Below are positions 35,977 through 45,513 of a stretch of 64,000 bases of DNA, piece after piece. Made by a program: the position numbers and the translations under genes. This DNA is from Bryobacteraceae bacterium (GTDB lineage Bacteria > Acidobacteriota > Terriglobia > Bryobacterales > Bryobacteraceae): NCBI GenBank assembly GCA_050012095.1, contig JBEKHV010000009.1:13134-77133 (forward strand), read 5' to 3'. Below the pieces are notes generated by a model, which saw only the letters and a program-made list of their open reading frames with translations, did not search any database and was not told the DNA's origin. Each line of letters starts with the position of its first letter. Within the stretch, counting starts at the first letter, position 1.

Positions 35977-36864
35977 CTAATTGACGCGGCGCAGCTTCTG
36001 GATAATGGGTTGCTCGCGTTCCACCACGCGCTTCACGCCATCGCCCATGGATTGCTCCACGATGCGGATGTAGCCGACGAGCCGTGTGATCCCGTTGGGT
36101 TCGAGCGATGCCGCCTGGTCCGAGCCCCACATGGCGCGGTCCAGCGTGATGTGGCGTTCGATGCAACAGGCGCCCAAGGCGATCGCGGCGATCGTCGAGG
36201 GAAGCCCCGTCTCGTGTCCGGAATAGCCTACCGGCAGGCCGTAACGCTCGCGCAGGGTCGTGATCGCCCTGAGGTTCAACTCGGGATAATTGGCGGGATA
36301 CACGCTGCAGGCGTGCAGCAGGATGAGATCCTTCTTTCCCAGCACCTCGACGGCGTGATCGATCTGCCCGACGGTGCTCATGCCTGTGGAGAGAATGATG
36401 GGCCTGCCCTTGGAGCGAGTATGGCGCAACAGGTTGTCATCCGTCAGCGACGCCGAGGCGATCTTGTAGCACGGCGTATCGAACTGATCGATGAAGTCGA
36501 CGGACGGCTCATCCCAGCACGAGGCCATCCATGGCATCTTGACCTCACGGCAGTAGCGCTCGATCAACCGGTATTCATCGTACCCAAACTCCAGCCCGCG
36601 CTTGAGGTCGCCGTTGGTTGAGCCGAAGGGGCTCTCGCGCGGCTTGGCCAGTTCTTCCGGCGTGTAAACGATACCGACAGTCCGCTTCTGGAACTTGACC
36701 GCATCGCAGCCGGCTGCCACTGCTACGCTGATCAGCCTCCGGGCGAGATCGATGTCTCCGTTATGGTTAATGCCGATCTCGGCAATGATGTAAGCGGGGT
36801 GGCTGTTACCCACCAGCTTATCGCCAATCCGAACCGGCCCGCCTATGCTCCCGTTGGTTTCCAT
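35977..36864 (-). CDS. N-acetylneuraminate/sialic-acid synthase family (NeuB-like) without the C-terminal SAF domain
   Basis: The start is METNGS at 36864, 3 nt after the upstream stop. IIAEIGINHNGD..AVKFQ..YKIASASLTD..ILSTGMST..YSGHE. Confidence 0.8.
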   Translation of the reverse strand: METNGSIGGPVRIGDKLVGNSHPAYIIAEIGINHNGDIDLARRLISVAVAAGCDAVKFQKRTVGIVYTPEELAKPRESPFGSTNGDLKRGLEFGYDEYRLIERYCREVKMPWMASCWDEPSVDFIDQFDTPCYKIASASLTDDNLLRHTRSKGRPIILSTGMSTVGQIDHAVEVLGKKDLILLHACSVYPANYPELNLRAITTLRERYGLPVGYSGHETGLPSTIAAIALGACCIERHITLDRAMWGSDQAASLEPNGITRLVGYIRIVEQSMGDGVKRVVEREQPIIQKLRRVN

Positions 36865-36866
36865 TT

Positions 36867-38198
36867 CTACAATTCCTCCCGTACGCCCTGGGACGCCAGA
36901 TCGAACAGACTTTCCATCATGTATCCGGTAGATGCCGGGGTAATCCCCGGGTACAACCCGATCCAAAACACCCGATTCATCACAAAATCGGTATTCGTCA
37001 ACGGCCCCGCCATGCGGAATTCGCGGCCGCGATAGGCCGGCTGCCGTACCAGGTTGCCGCCGAAGAGCAGGCGCGTGGCGATTTTGCGGTCTTCCAAGTG
37101 GCGTGTGACTTGGTTGCGTGAAAACGGCGCCTCCGGCCGCACGGCGATGGGGAAGCCGAACCAACTCGGTTCGGAGCCGGGCGTGGCCTCGGGTAGAATC
37201 AGGAATTCCTCCAGTTCGCGCAGGCCGGCGCGCAGGGCTTCGAAATTGCGGCGGCGGGCTTCGATAAATCCGGGCAGCTTTTTCAACTGCGCCACGCCCA
37301 CGGCCGCCTGCATGTCGGTGAGCTTCAGGTTGTACCCAATGTGCGAAAACGTGTACTTGTGGTCGTACCCGCAAGGCAGGTCTCCCAACTGCCATTCAAA
37401 CCGCTTGCCGCACGTGTTGTCCTTGCCTGGGTCGCACCAGCAGTCCCGTCCCCAGTCCCGGAACGACTCGACCAGCGTTTTGAGTTGCGGCGAGTTCGTC
37501 GTCACGCAACCCCCCTCACCCATGGTGATGTGATGCGCCGGGTAGAAGCTCGCCGTGGCCAGGTCGCCGAAAGTCCCCACTTTCCTGCCCCTGTATTCCG
37601 AGCCGATCGCGTCGCAGCAGTCTTCAATCAGCCAGAGATCGTGCTTCTTCGCGAAGGCCGCCACCGCATCCACGTCGAATGGGTTTCCCAGCGTGTGCGC
37701 CAGCACGATCGCGCGCGTCCTGCCGGAAAGGGCCGCGTCAAGTTGCGTGACGTCCACGTTGTAGGTCGGGATCGAGACGTCGATGAATACCGGTATCAGT
37801 CCGTTCTGGATGATGGGGTTGACCGTGGTGGGAAACCCCGCGGCAACCGTGATCACTTCGTCTCCCGGTTTTAGTCGCCGGTCGCCCAGCTTCGGTGAAG
37901 TCAGGCACGACACCGCCAACAGGCTCGCCGACGAGCCTGAATTCACGAGGATCGCGTGCCGCACGCCCATGTAACTGGCAAACGCTCGCTCGAACTGATC
38001 CGCGAAACGCCCCGTGGTCAGCCAGAAATCCAGCGCCGAATCGACCAGCGACTGCATTTCACGGGCATCGAACACGCGGCCCGACACCGGGACCGGAGTG
38101 ACGCCGGGCTCGAAGTCCACCGGAGGAAATGCCGCCTGGTGGTACTCCGCTACCAGCTCCAGAATGCGGCGCCGCAACTGCTCTGCTTTCTCGCTCAT
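36867..38198 (-). CDS. rfbH: CDP-6-deoxy-4-keto-glucose 3-dehydrase (E1, RfbH/DdhC-like) of the DegT/DnrJ fold
   Basis: [13 protein letters not shown] has His in place of the PLP lysine. The Cys cluster [16 protein letters not shown] is characteristic of E1. The start is MSEKAEQL at 38198. Confidence 0.75.
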   Translation of the reverse strand: MSEKAEQLRRRILELVAEYHQAAFPPVDFEPGVTPVPVSGRVFDAREMQSLVDSALDFWLTTGRFADQFERAFASYMGVRHAILVNSGSSASLLAVSCLTSPKLGDRRLKPGDEVITVAAGFPTTVNPIIQNGLIPVFIDVSIPTYNVDVTQLDAALSGRTRAIVLAHTLGNPFDVDAVAAFAKKHDLWLIEDCCDAIGSEYRGRKVGTFGDLATASFYPAHHITMGEGGCVTTNSPQLKTLVESFRDWGRDCWCDPGKDNTCGKRFEWQLGDLPCGYDHKYTFSHIGYNLKLTDMQAAVGVAQLKKLPGFIEARRRNFEALRAGLRELEEFLILPEATPGSEPSWFGFPIAVRPEAPFSRNQVTRHLEDRKIATRLLFGGNLVRQPAYRGREFRMAGPLTNTDFVMNRVFWIGLYPGITPASTGYMMESLFDLASQGVREEL

Positions 38199-38375
38199 GG
38201 GTAAAGAAGTCCGTGTATCGCTCAATAGCGCGCCGCAGCCCTTCGTCAAGGGTAAACAGGGATGCCAGCCCAGCGCCCGGCCAGTCCCTGAATCCGCCCG
38301 TCGGCGTCGATCGTTCCGCCGCCGGCATGTAAGGAAGAAAAAGCTATGCTCATAGGTTTCGCCGGGAAACTCGCT

Positions 38376-39446
38376 TCAAGCCGTTTCGGCTTGCATCGCC
38401 GGAACGGCCTTTTCGCCCGTCTCGCGCCAGCGCAAGGATTCGTCCAGGCGGCCTGCGCCCGTCAACTTCCTGATATGCGCAATCCGGGCATAGGAGCCAT
38501 CCTGGACCTGTTCGAATGTCAAACCCGCCCCCCGGTATGCCTCGTAAAGCTGTTGAGCCCCTTTGCGCGCGTTCCACTGCGGCCGGAAGCCGGGCAACGT
38601 CCGGCGGATCTTGCCGCAATCGATGCGGTAACACCGCTTGTCGGGCCCCCCGCCAGGAGCGTACTCCACATGGCAGCCGGGCGCCGTCTCCGCCACGATG
38701 GCGGCGAGCTCTCGAATACGATAGTTCTCCTCCGTCTGGCCAACATTAAAGGTCTCGTTATGAACGAGTTCCCGTGGGGCCTCCAGGATGCTGAGGATGG
38801 CGTGCGTAATGTCTTCGATATGCACGATCGGACGCCATGGTGTGCCGTCGCTTTTGATGTACACCCTTCCGGTGGTAAACGCCCACGCCACCAGGTCGTT
38901 CAACACCACATCCAGGCGTAGGCGCGGCGAAACCCCATAAGCCGTCGCATTACGCAAGGATGTCGGGCTGAATTCGCGGCTGGCCAGTTGCGCCAGGTCG
39001 CGCTCCACCATTACCTTGGACTCGGCATAAGGCGTCACCGGGCTGAGGGGCGCGGTCTCGTCGTGGATTACGTCGCCTGCGGCGCCATATGTGCTGCATG
39101 ACGAGGAGAAAATGAACCGCTTGATTCCCGCCTCTTTTGCCAGCTTCGCCAGTCTTATCGAAGCCGCGTGGTTAATATCGTACGTCAGTCCCGGATTCAG
39201 GTTCCCGAGGGGATCGTTCGACAAGGCCGCCAGGTGCACCACGGCCTCAAACCCTTCCAAATCCCCGGTGTCGACATCGCGGAGATCTTTGCGGATCTCC
39301 GGGATCTCCGCCCTCGGCCATTCACCGAAGTCGCAGCCCGCGAAAAAATCGGCGTCCAGGCCCACCACCTCGTGTCCTGCAGACTGAAGCATGGGCCCTG
39401 CAACCGCGCCAATGTAGCCTTTATGCCCCGTCAGCAATACTCGCAT
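38376..39446 (-). CDS. NAD-dependent epimerase/dehydratase (SDR)
   Basis: [22 protein letters not shown] and YAESK motifs. The start was moved to the ATG at 39446. Confidence 0.8.
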   Translation of the reverse strand: MRVLLTGHKGYIGAVAGPMLQSAGHEVVGLDADFFAGCDFGEWPRAEIPEIRKDLRDVDTGDLEGFEAVVHLAALSNDPLGNLNPGLTYDINHAASIRLAKLAKEAGIKRFIFSSSCSTYGAAGDVIHDETAPLSPVTPYAESKVMVERDLAQLASREFSPTSLRNATAYGVSPRLRLDVVLNDLVAWAFTTGRVYIKSDGTPWRPIVHIEDITHAILSILEAPRELVHNETFNVGQTEENYRIRELAAIVAETAPGCHVEYAPGGGPDKRCYRIDCGKIRRTLPGFRPQWNARKGAQQLYEAYRGAGLTFEQVQDGSYARIAHIRKLTGAGRLDESLRWRETGEKAVPAMQAETA

Positions 39447-39597
39447 GCGATTTGAATGCCTCCCCTTTGGCCGGCCGGCGGGGCCTGATTGCCATAAGCC
39501 TTGTCGGAGGACGCGGCTATGATCGATTTCGCCACGGGCGAACGGCGGCAGGCCTCCAACAGGCCCCGGGTCCCTTGGATGTTGCTTGCAAACTCTG

Positions 39598-40374
39598 TCA
39601 TCGCCAAACCCGCCAAGGAGCCTTGCCGGACTGCCACAGTTCATTCAGATACAGGTACTCGCGGTAGGTGTCCATTGCAAAGAAGAAGCCCTGGTGACGA
39701 TAAGCCATCAATTGGCCCTCTGCTGCCAGGCGCCTCATCGGCTCGCGCTCTAGAGTACAGTCGTCGGTCCCGATGTACTCGAAGAGCTTTCGTTCGAACA
39801 CCAGGAATCCCGCGCTTGCCCAGCCATCCAGTTGAGGCTTCTCGCTGAATTCAAGAACTGCGCCGTCACTCGTAGTCTCAAGAACGCCGAAGCGGGAGCT
39901 TGGACGCACCGCAGTCACGGTGGCGATCTTTCCATGGCTCTTATGGAACGCCACAAGCTCCGGGATGTTCACATCGGCTAGGCCGTCGCCGTACGTCACC
40001 AGGAAGGTATCGCCATCCACGTACCTCTCGATCCGTTTGATGCGCCCGCCGGTCATCGTTTCCTGACCGGTATCGGCCAACGTCACGCGGAAGTTCAGTT
40101 CTTCGTGCGCGCCATTGAAATCGATGTGGGATTCCCCGCCGAGGCGGATCGTGAAGTCGTTATTCATCGCCTCGTAGTTCAGGAAGTATTCCTTGATCAT
40201 GTTGCCGCGGTAGCCCAGACACAGCACGAAATCGTTGAAGCCGTAATGGGCATACGATTTCATAATGTGCCAGAGTATCGGTCGGCCGCCGATCTCAACC
40301 AAAGGTTTTGGGCGGTACTCGGTTTCTTCGCGAAGCCGCGTGCCTTGCCCACCACAAAGAATGACGACTTTCAT
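39598..40374 (-). CDS. rfbF: Glucose-1-phosphate cytidylyltransferase
   Basis: [39 protein letters not shown] is the classic RfbF N-terminus. Confidence 0.85.
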   Translation of the reverse strand: MKVVILCGGQGTRLREETEYRPKPLVEIGGRPILWHIMKSYAHYGFNDFVLCLGYRGNMIKEYFLNYEAMNNDFTIRLGGESHIDFNGAHEELNFRVTLADTGQETMTGGRIKRIERYVDGDTFLVTYGDGLADVNIPELVAFHKSHGKIATVTAVRPSSRFGVLETTSDGAVLEFSEKPQLDGWASAGFLVFERKLFEYIGTDDCTLEREPMRRLAAEGQLMAYRHQGFFFAMDTYREYLYLNELWQSGKAPWRVWR

Positions 40375-40599
40375 AGTGTTTCGTACGCCCTCAGTCGGGT
40401 GTCCCCCCGCAATGGCGTGCAGGAAGGCTTTGCCGGAGATAGCCGCCGGCGCTGCACTCTTGGCCTCGGCCCTCCACGGCCGTCGTGAGCGCGGTCACGT
40501 CCAATCCACTGTTATTTTTGGTTGACAGCAAAGGAGATACGCCGTACAAGCGCCGCTTTCCGTACTTCGGGGCGCTATTCTGAAGTCGAGGTATATACG

Positions 40600-40842
40600 A
40601 TGAGCGTTCGTGGCTATTTCTCGAAACATGACGGCCGAAAACTTACCATGCCCCGCGCCGGCGAAGGCGCCCCCAACGCCAGTGGATTTGTTTTCCATGG
40701 CGACATCCTGACCGGCAAGCTCAGCGTCCAGGAAGCCTTTGCTCTGGAGGCCGGCCGGGTCTCCCAAACCCTTACTCCCGGCAAGCGCGTCGCCCCCGAA
40801 GATTACGATCCCGTCCTCAAGTCCCATCTCGGGATCGAATGA
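40600..40842 (+). CDS. Hypothetical 80-aa protein on the opposite strand, interrupting the locus
   Basis: The ATG is preceded by GAGG at 8 nt, and third positions are G/C-rich. MSVRGYFSKHDGRKLTMPRAGEG... No recognisable family. Confidence 0.4.
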   Translation: MSVRGYFSKHDGRKLTMPRAGEGAPNASGFVFHGDILTGKLSVQEAFALEAGRVSQTLTPGKRVAPEDYDPVLKSHLGIE

Positions 40843-41213
40843 TCCCCCCGCGCGCGAACCGCCGTCGGAGAGCGCCTTGACCATTGATAATGAGGGGCTT
40901 CTGCGAAATTGGCTTCGTTCCGTACTTCTTCCCTGTCGCCCGTGTTACAGCTCCTCGGTATCCTCATCTGTTTGCGAAGATTCTCGTGATGCTCAGCCCC
41001 GCGGGGGCGGTAGAAAATAGCCCAGGGCGTGAGCCCTGGGTCGGGAAACCCGAAGAATCCAGCCCCGGAACGGGGCGTAAGAGAGCACCGGTTCCGGCGG
41101 GGACCCCGGAGGCGCCAAACGAACCCAGGAAGTTGTTGAAAACAAATGAAAGGGCCATAAGAGCACGGCAGCATTCGGAAGAAGCGTGGCCGGCCAGGTG
41201 CCAGCGGCCGCCC

Positions 41214-43550
41214 CTACCCCGCATCCGGCTTCTCATCGCTCTGCAACCCCCTCTTGGCATAGTAGTGCCTATATTTGTCGTAGTAGCGGTAGTAACTGTA
41301 CAGACCGGATTTCTTGGGGTTCCAGTCGTTGAGAATGGCCCCCAGGATGCGCGTGCCGTCCTTATTCAGACGCTGGCAGGCGTCCCGGAGAGAATACCGG
41401 GAAGTCTGGTTGGCGCGGGCCACGAGCACGACGCCATCCGAGTGGCGGGCGGTCACGCGGGCGTCCGCCATGGTCAGCATGGGCGGTGTGTCGATCAGCA
41501 CGAGATCGAATTGATCGCGGCACGCCTTCACGATTTCGCCGAAACGCTGCAAGTGAAGCATGGTGGGATCGCCCGAATCGGCGCGGCCGGCGGTCATCAC
41601 CGAGAGGTTGGGGACGCTGGTTTTGTGGATCAGTCCGTTGAGCGGCCCAACGAGCGGTTCGACGCTGCGCAGCAGATCCACGACGCCCGAGTCGTTGTCC
41701 AGGCCGAAGATGTGGTGCATGCGCGGCCGGCGGAGATCGCAATCCACGAGAAGAACCCGCCGGCGTATCTGTGCGAAGGCGATCGCCAAGTTCGTGGCGA
41801 TGGTCGTCTTGCCCTCTTTCGGCCCTGGGCTGGAGAGCACCAGCACGCGAGGATGATTCCCTTCCGCGCTGGCATAGAGGATGGAAGTGATCGCGTCGTG
41901 AAAGGACTCCGCCATCGCGGAGCGCCGGCTCCCAGAGGCTATCAGGGCTACGGAGTCGGGCGTAGCGGCGCCTCCCTTTGCGCCAAAGTGCGCGAATGAG
42001 CGCGGCTGGAGCCAATCCAAGGAAGCGCTGGGCACGATGCCGAGCTCCGGAATACCGAGGAACGTGCTCACCTCCGTGGGCTCCTGGATGGTGCGGTCCG
42101 CGCGGTCGAGCAGGATGACGAAACCGACTCCGAAGGCGAACCCTAAGAACGCTCCGAGGAGCGTGTTGTCGCGGACGCTCGGCCTGTATGGCGCCCCGGG
42201 AGCCGTGGCCGGGTCCACGATGTTTATGTTCGAAGCGCGGAGCGCGGAGGCGATGCCAGCCGACTTGACGCTTTGGAGCATGCTGTCGTAGAGCCCGCGG
42301 TCGGTGTCCACTTCGCGCTTGAGGATGTTATAGTGATTCACCTCGTCGGCCTGCTCGGTGACGAGGCGGACGGCGGCATCATAGTCGGCCTGGAGCAGTT
42401 TCTCGCGCTGCTGCGCCGCTTCATAGTCGTTGCGGATGCGGGCGAGGGTGTTCGCGCGCGCCTCTTGAAGAGCCGTCTCCAGGGGCGCAATTTGGTCCTG
42501 TACCATTTGGACTTTGGGGTTGGAGGGCGTGTAGGTGACGGATAGCTGTGCGAGCTGGCGCTGAAGGTCGGTGAGCTTGTCTTGGATCCCCCTGAGCGAA
42601 CCGTCGTCGAGAATTTCGCCCAGGGAGGTGGGGGCGGCCGTCGAGGCAAGCTCGTACCGGGACTGGCGGTTAATGCGTTCGCCCTCGGCAGCGGAAAGTT
42701 GTTGCTGCAACTGCTTGACCCTCTCATCGGCGGCGTTGTCCTTCTCTTCGGTGAAGAGAAGACCCGCCCCACTGGCGTACGACTGCAATTCCTCGTCGGA
42801 CTTTTCGAGCTTGATCCTGACGTCTTGCATCTGCTTGGCGAGCCAGTCGCCGGTATCCTGCGTGGTCTGCCAGCGCGCTTCCAGGTTGTGCTCTTTGTAC
42901 TCTGCAACCAGGGTGTTGGCGAAGTCGGCGGCCATCTGGGGATTGGTGGAATCGCAGAGAATCTCGATGAGGCGGGTGTTGGTCTGCGCGCGCACCCGCA
43001 GGCCGCCGGCGGCTTGTTGAATCATAGCCTCCCGCGCGGGGGTTTGGACCGGAGCGAGTTTCAGCACCTTCCGCCAGGCATCCAGGCGGGTGGGGTGCGT
43101 TTCGAGATCCTTGTTTTCGAGGCCGAGCCGCTGGATAACCCGCTCCAATAGGGCGCGGCTCTGGAGAATGCGGACCTGGGTCGGCAGTTCACTATCCGGC
43201 ATGTAGCCGCCTGCGGAGCCGCTGGAGGTGGGGGTGACGTCGCGCATGTGCATGAAGTCCTCGTTCAGGCTCTGGAGTTCGATCACGGCGCGCGCCTGGT
43301 AGATGGGCGTCTGCGGCAGCGTGTACAGGAACCCGGCCAGCATGCCGAGGCAGGTAATCACGATCACCGCGCCCCGGCGGCGCTGAATAATGCGGTAGTA
43401 CTCGAGCAAGCCGCCAGTGGACTCTTCGGGAGGGCCGGCCCCTGGCGAGGCGATACGCGGCTGCGCGACATTGGCGCGGGGAGCGGACTGGGTAGCCGGT
43501 CCGGGCGCCTGGGCCTGCGGCCCAGACTGTTTCATGGGAGGTGTTTCCAT
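41214..43550 (-). CDS. Polysaccharide co-polymerase/tyrosine autokinase (Wzc/GumC-like)
   Basis: N-terminal Wzz-like region with coiled coil, a second TM, P-loop SSPGPKEGKTTIATNLA, DCDLRRP, and a C-terminal Tyr cluster YSYYRYYDKYRHYY. Confidence 0.9.
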   Translation of the reverse strand: METPPMKQSGPQAQAPGPATQSAPRANVAQPRIASPGAGPPEESTGGLLEYYRIIQRRRGAVIVITCLGMLAGFLYTLPQTPIYQARAVIELQSLNEDFMHMRDVTPTSSGSAGGYMPDSELPTQVRILQSRALLERVIQRLGLENKDLETHPTRLDAWRKVLKLAPVQTPAREAMIQQAAGGLRVRAQTNTRLIEILCDSTNPQMAADFANTLVAEYKEHNLEARWQTTQDTGDWLAKQMQDVRIKLEKSDEELQSYASGAGLLFTEEKDNAADERVKQLQQQLSAAEGERINRQSRYELASTAAPTSLGEILDDGSLRGIQDKLTDLQRQLAQLSVTYTPSNPKVQMVQDQIAPLETALQEARANTLARIRNDYEAAQQREKLLQADYDAAVRLVTEQADEVNHYNILKREVDTDRGLYDSMLQSVKSAGIASALRASNINIVDPATAPGAPYRPSVRDNTLLGAFLGFAFGVGFVILLDRADRTIQEPTEVSTFLGIPELGIVPSASLDWLQPRSFAHFGAKGGAATPDSVALIASGSRRSAMAESFHDAITSILYASAEGNHPRVLVLSSPGPKEGKTTIATNLAIAFAQIRRRVLLVDCDLRRPRMHHIFGLDNDSGVVDLLRSVEPLVGPLNGLIHKTSVPNLSVMTAGRADSGDPTMLHLQRFGEIVKACRDQFDLVLIDTPPMLTMADARVTARHSDGVVLVARANQTSRYSLRDACQRLNKDGTRILGAILNDWNPKKSGLYSYYRYYDKYRHYYAKRGLQSDEKPDAG

Positions 43551-43590
43551 TCTAGATACCTATGCGATGCTCCGCTGAGCTTCGACGGAA

Positions 43591-44622
43591 CTATGGGATT
43601 CTGTAAATCAGCGCGGTGCTGGCTAGCGCGGCGACGTCGGCGACCCGGAGGAGTACTTTCTTGGGTACGCTGGAGGGGACATACAGGATGTCTTCGGGTT
43701 GCAGGGCAACGTCAGCCGCGTGTGTGGCGATCACCTTTGCGAGATCGACGGGGATCTCCTGGAGATTGCCGCCCGCCGGAGCGGCCCTGAGGATGCGGGC
43801 CTTCTTGGGCGAAGCTCCGCCCACGGTGCCGCCGGCCAGCGTCAGCGCCTGCAACACCGAGAGGCCTTCCCGGTCGCCTAGGATGAAGCCGCCAGCTCTG
43901 GCTACCGTGCCGAGGACGTAGACCATCCTCGCGTGCTGCACGAAAATAACGTCATAGGGGTAGATGAGGATGTTTTCGGTCGGGTTCTCCGCGTCCAGGA
44001 TGAGATTGAGGCTGGCCTCGGCGACGGAGTATTGGCCCGACAAGTCGTTCCTGGCGCCGGGGAGAGGGATTTGGCCCCATTCCAGACGCCGCGTGATCTT
44101 CACCGAAGACCCAGCGCCCTCCGCGGGCCCGCCAACGAGCGCCAGCACCTCGGCAAGCGGTGTCCGGCCCTGCACCTGCAGCACGCCCGGGCCCCTGACC
44201 GAGCCCAACACCGTAACTGGCTGGCTGTGAACCTCCATGACGGAGACCGTCACGTCCGGCTCCTTGATCCACTCTTTCAAACGCTCGGTGAGCTTCCCTT
44301 CGAGATCCTCCGCGGTCAGGCCGGCGGCATGGAGACGCCCCACCATGGGTATCCGGATATTGCCGTTCCCATCGATCCGCATGGGCTTGTCGGAAATGTC
44401 TTCGGCATCCATGATATGAACCGATATCAGGTCGTTCGGGCCCAGAACGTAGGTGGAGCGAAGTTCGGCCGCCGAGTCGGCGGGCGGGGGCGGGGCCGTG
44501 ACAGCCGGAACCGGAACAACCGCGGCCGGCGCGGCCGGCGCGACCGGCTCCTGTCCCTGTGCCGCAATCGTCAGGAGACCAAGGGCCGCAATGACGCTGC
44601 CCAGCCTCGGAATTGCTTTCAT
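43591..44622 (-). CDS. Polysaccharide export protein (Wza-like; Poly_export plus SLBB)
   Basis: Signal peptide, YVLGPNDLISV..IDGNGNIRIPMVG and SLBB-like repeats. Confidence 0.85.
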   Translation of the reverse strand: MKAIPRLGSVIAALGLLTIAAQGQEPVAPAAPAAVVPVPAVTAPPPPADSAAELRSTYVLGPNDLISVHIMDAEDISDKPMRIDGNGNIRIPMVGRLHAAGLTAEDLEGKLTERLKEWIKEPDVTVSVMEVHSQPVTVLGSVRGPGVLQVQGRTPLAEVLALVGGPAEGAGSSVKITRRLEWGQIPLPGARNDLSGQYSVAEASLNLILDAENPTENILIYPYDVIFVQHARMVYVLGTVARAGGFILGDREGLSVLQALTLAGGTVGGASPKKARILRAAPAGGNLQEIPVDLAKVIATHAADVALQPEDILYVPSSVPKKVLLRVADVAALASTALIYRIP

Positions 44623-44894
44623 AGTGCGTTCCTTCTTGTCGCCACTTCAAGCGCGACGACGCGGGAGAGGCGGTCCACCTCTCCCTCCAGCATGGCGACC
44701 TTCCCATCCAGAAGATGGACGCGGTCTTCCAGGGTGTGCCCGTCGGGGGGTTCCTGGCCGAGAACCTGGAGCATCGCTTCACGCGCAAATTCGGAAAGGC
44801 TGCGCACGCCGCGAGTGGTGTACATGGACTTCAGGTTCTCGTATTCTTCCTCCGACAGGCGGAGACTCATGATTCGGTTTTTGCGCTTAAGCAT
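44619..44894 (-). CDS. Small ribbon-helix-helix-like protein with a C-terminal coiled coil
   Basis: IMSLRLSEEEYENLKSMY is typical of an RHH beta-strand/helix start. Its stop overlaps the wza-like start, consistent with translational coupling. Confidence 0.5.
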   Translation of the reverse strand: MLKRKNRIMSLRLSEEEYENLKSMYTTRGVRSLSEFAREAMLQVLGQEPPDGHTLEDRVHLLDGKVAMLEGEVDRLSRVVALEVATRRNAL

Positions 44895-44919
44895 AGGCGA
44901 CGCAACCTCGGATCGAAAT

Positions 44920-45513
44920 TCAGAAGCGATGGTTGGAGACGGGCCGCACCCAGGCGCGATCGATTTCGACGGCTACTGAGCGCTGCAACAACGTAATGGA
45001 AACTACCAGGCGAAATTGACTCTTGACGCTGACGATGATGCCCTCAACGCCTGCCAGCGGGCCGCTTTCCACGGCGACGAACTGGCCTTCGCGCAGGAAC
45101 GGCCACGGGCCGATCATCAGTCCGGAGGACACCATGGCGCGGACAGACTCGATTTCCCGCTCTTCGATGGCGATGGGACCGGCGCTCGAACCCACGATGG
45201 AAACGATGCCGGGCGTCGTCAGGATGGGGAGGCGGCGCAGCGCATCGAACCGGCAGAACGCGTAGCCCGGGAAAAGCGGGGTCTCCACTTCCTTGTAACG
45301 GTCCGACCAGCGGCGGCGCGATCGGTAGGTTGGCAGAAAGGCTTCGTGACCCTTGCCGGTCAGGGCCGCCAGAACGGCCTTCTCGCAGTTCGAACGGACG
45401 CGCACCGCATACCAGGGCAAAGACGGCCCGGCTTCGGTGGGTACCACGCTCGCCTCCGCGCAAGCTACCGCCCTTTCGGTCCCATTCTCTTCTACCGAAC
45501 TTGTGCGCGACAT
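44920..45513 (-). CDS. NusG-paralog transcription antiterminator (RfaH/UpxY-like), first gene of the locus
   Basis: WYAVRVRSNCEKAV..ETPLFPGYAFCRF is NGN-like, and a KOW-like GQFVAVESGPLAGVEGIIV follows. An alternative start is the GTG at 45447, preceded by GGAGG at 5 nt. Confidence 0.8.
   Translation of the reverse strand: MSRTSSVEENGTERAVACAEASVVPTEAGPSLPWYAVRVRSNCEKAVLAALTGKGHEAFLPTYRSRRRWSDRYKEVETPLFPGYAFCRFDALRRLPILTTPGIVSIVGSSAGPIAIEEREIESVRAMVSSGLMIGPWPFLREGQFVAVESGPLAGVEGIIVSVKSQFRLVVSITLLQRSVAVEIDRAWVRPVSNHRF
45461..45472 (-). promoter_or_regulatory. ops-like element GGCGGTAGCTTG on the coding strand
   Basis: It matches the RfaH ops consensus GGCGGTAGnnTG. It lies 14-25 nt upstream of the alternative GTG start of the NusG paralog. 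Confidence 0.35.

Noticed and set aside
33898-36621. A 907-aa plus-strand ORF, the longest in the track
   Set aside because: It lies antisense to four well-supported minus-strand genes (TPP enzyme, KdsC-like, NeuB-like, RfbH-like). Its translation is Arg/Gly/Ala-rich low-complexity sequence with no motifs. This is a typical shadow ORF of GC-rich DNA.
41006-41013. A second GGCGGTAG octamer at 41006..41013
   Set aside because: It lies on the plus strand, antisense to the operon. It is followed by AAAA rather than nnTG. A bare 8-mer is expected by chance about twice in this window.
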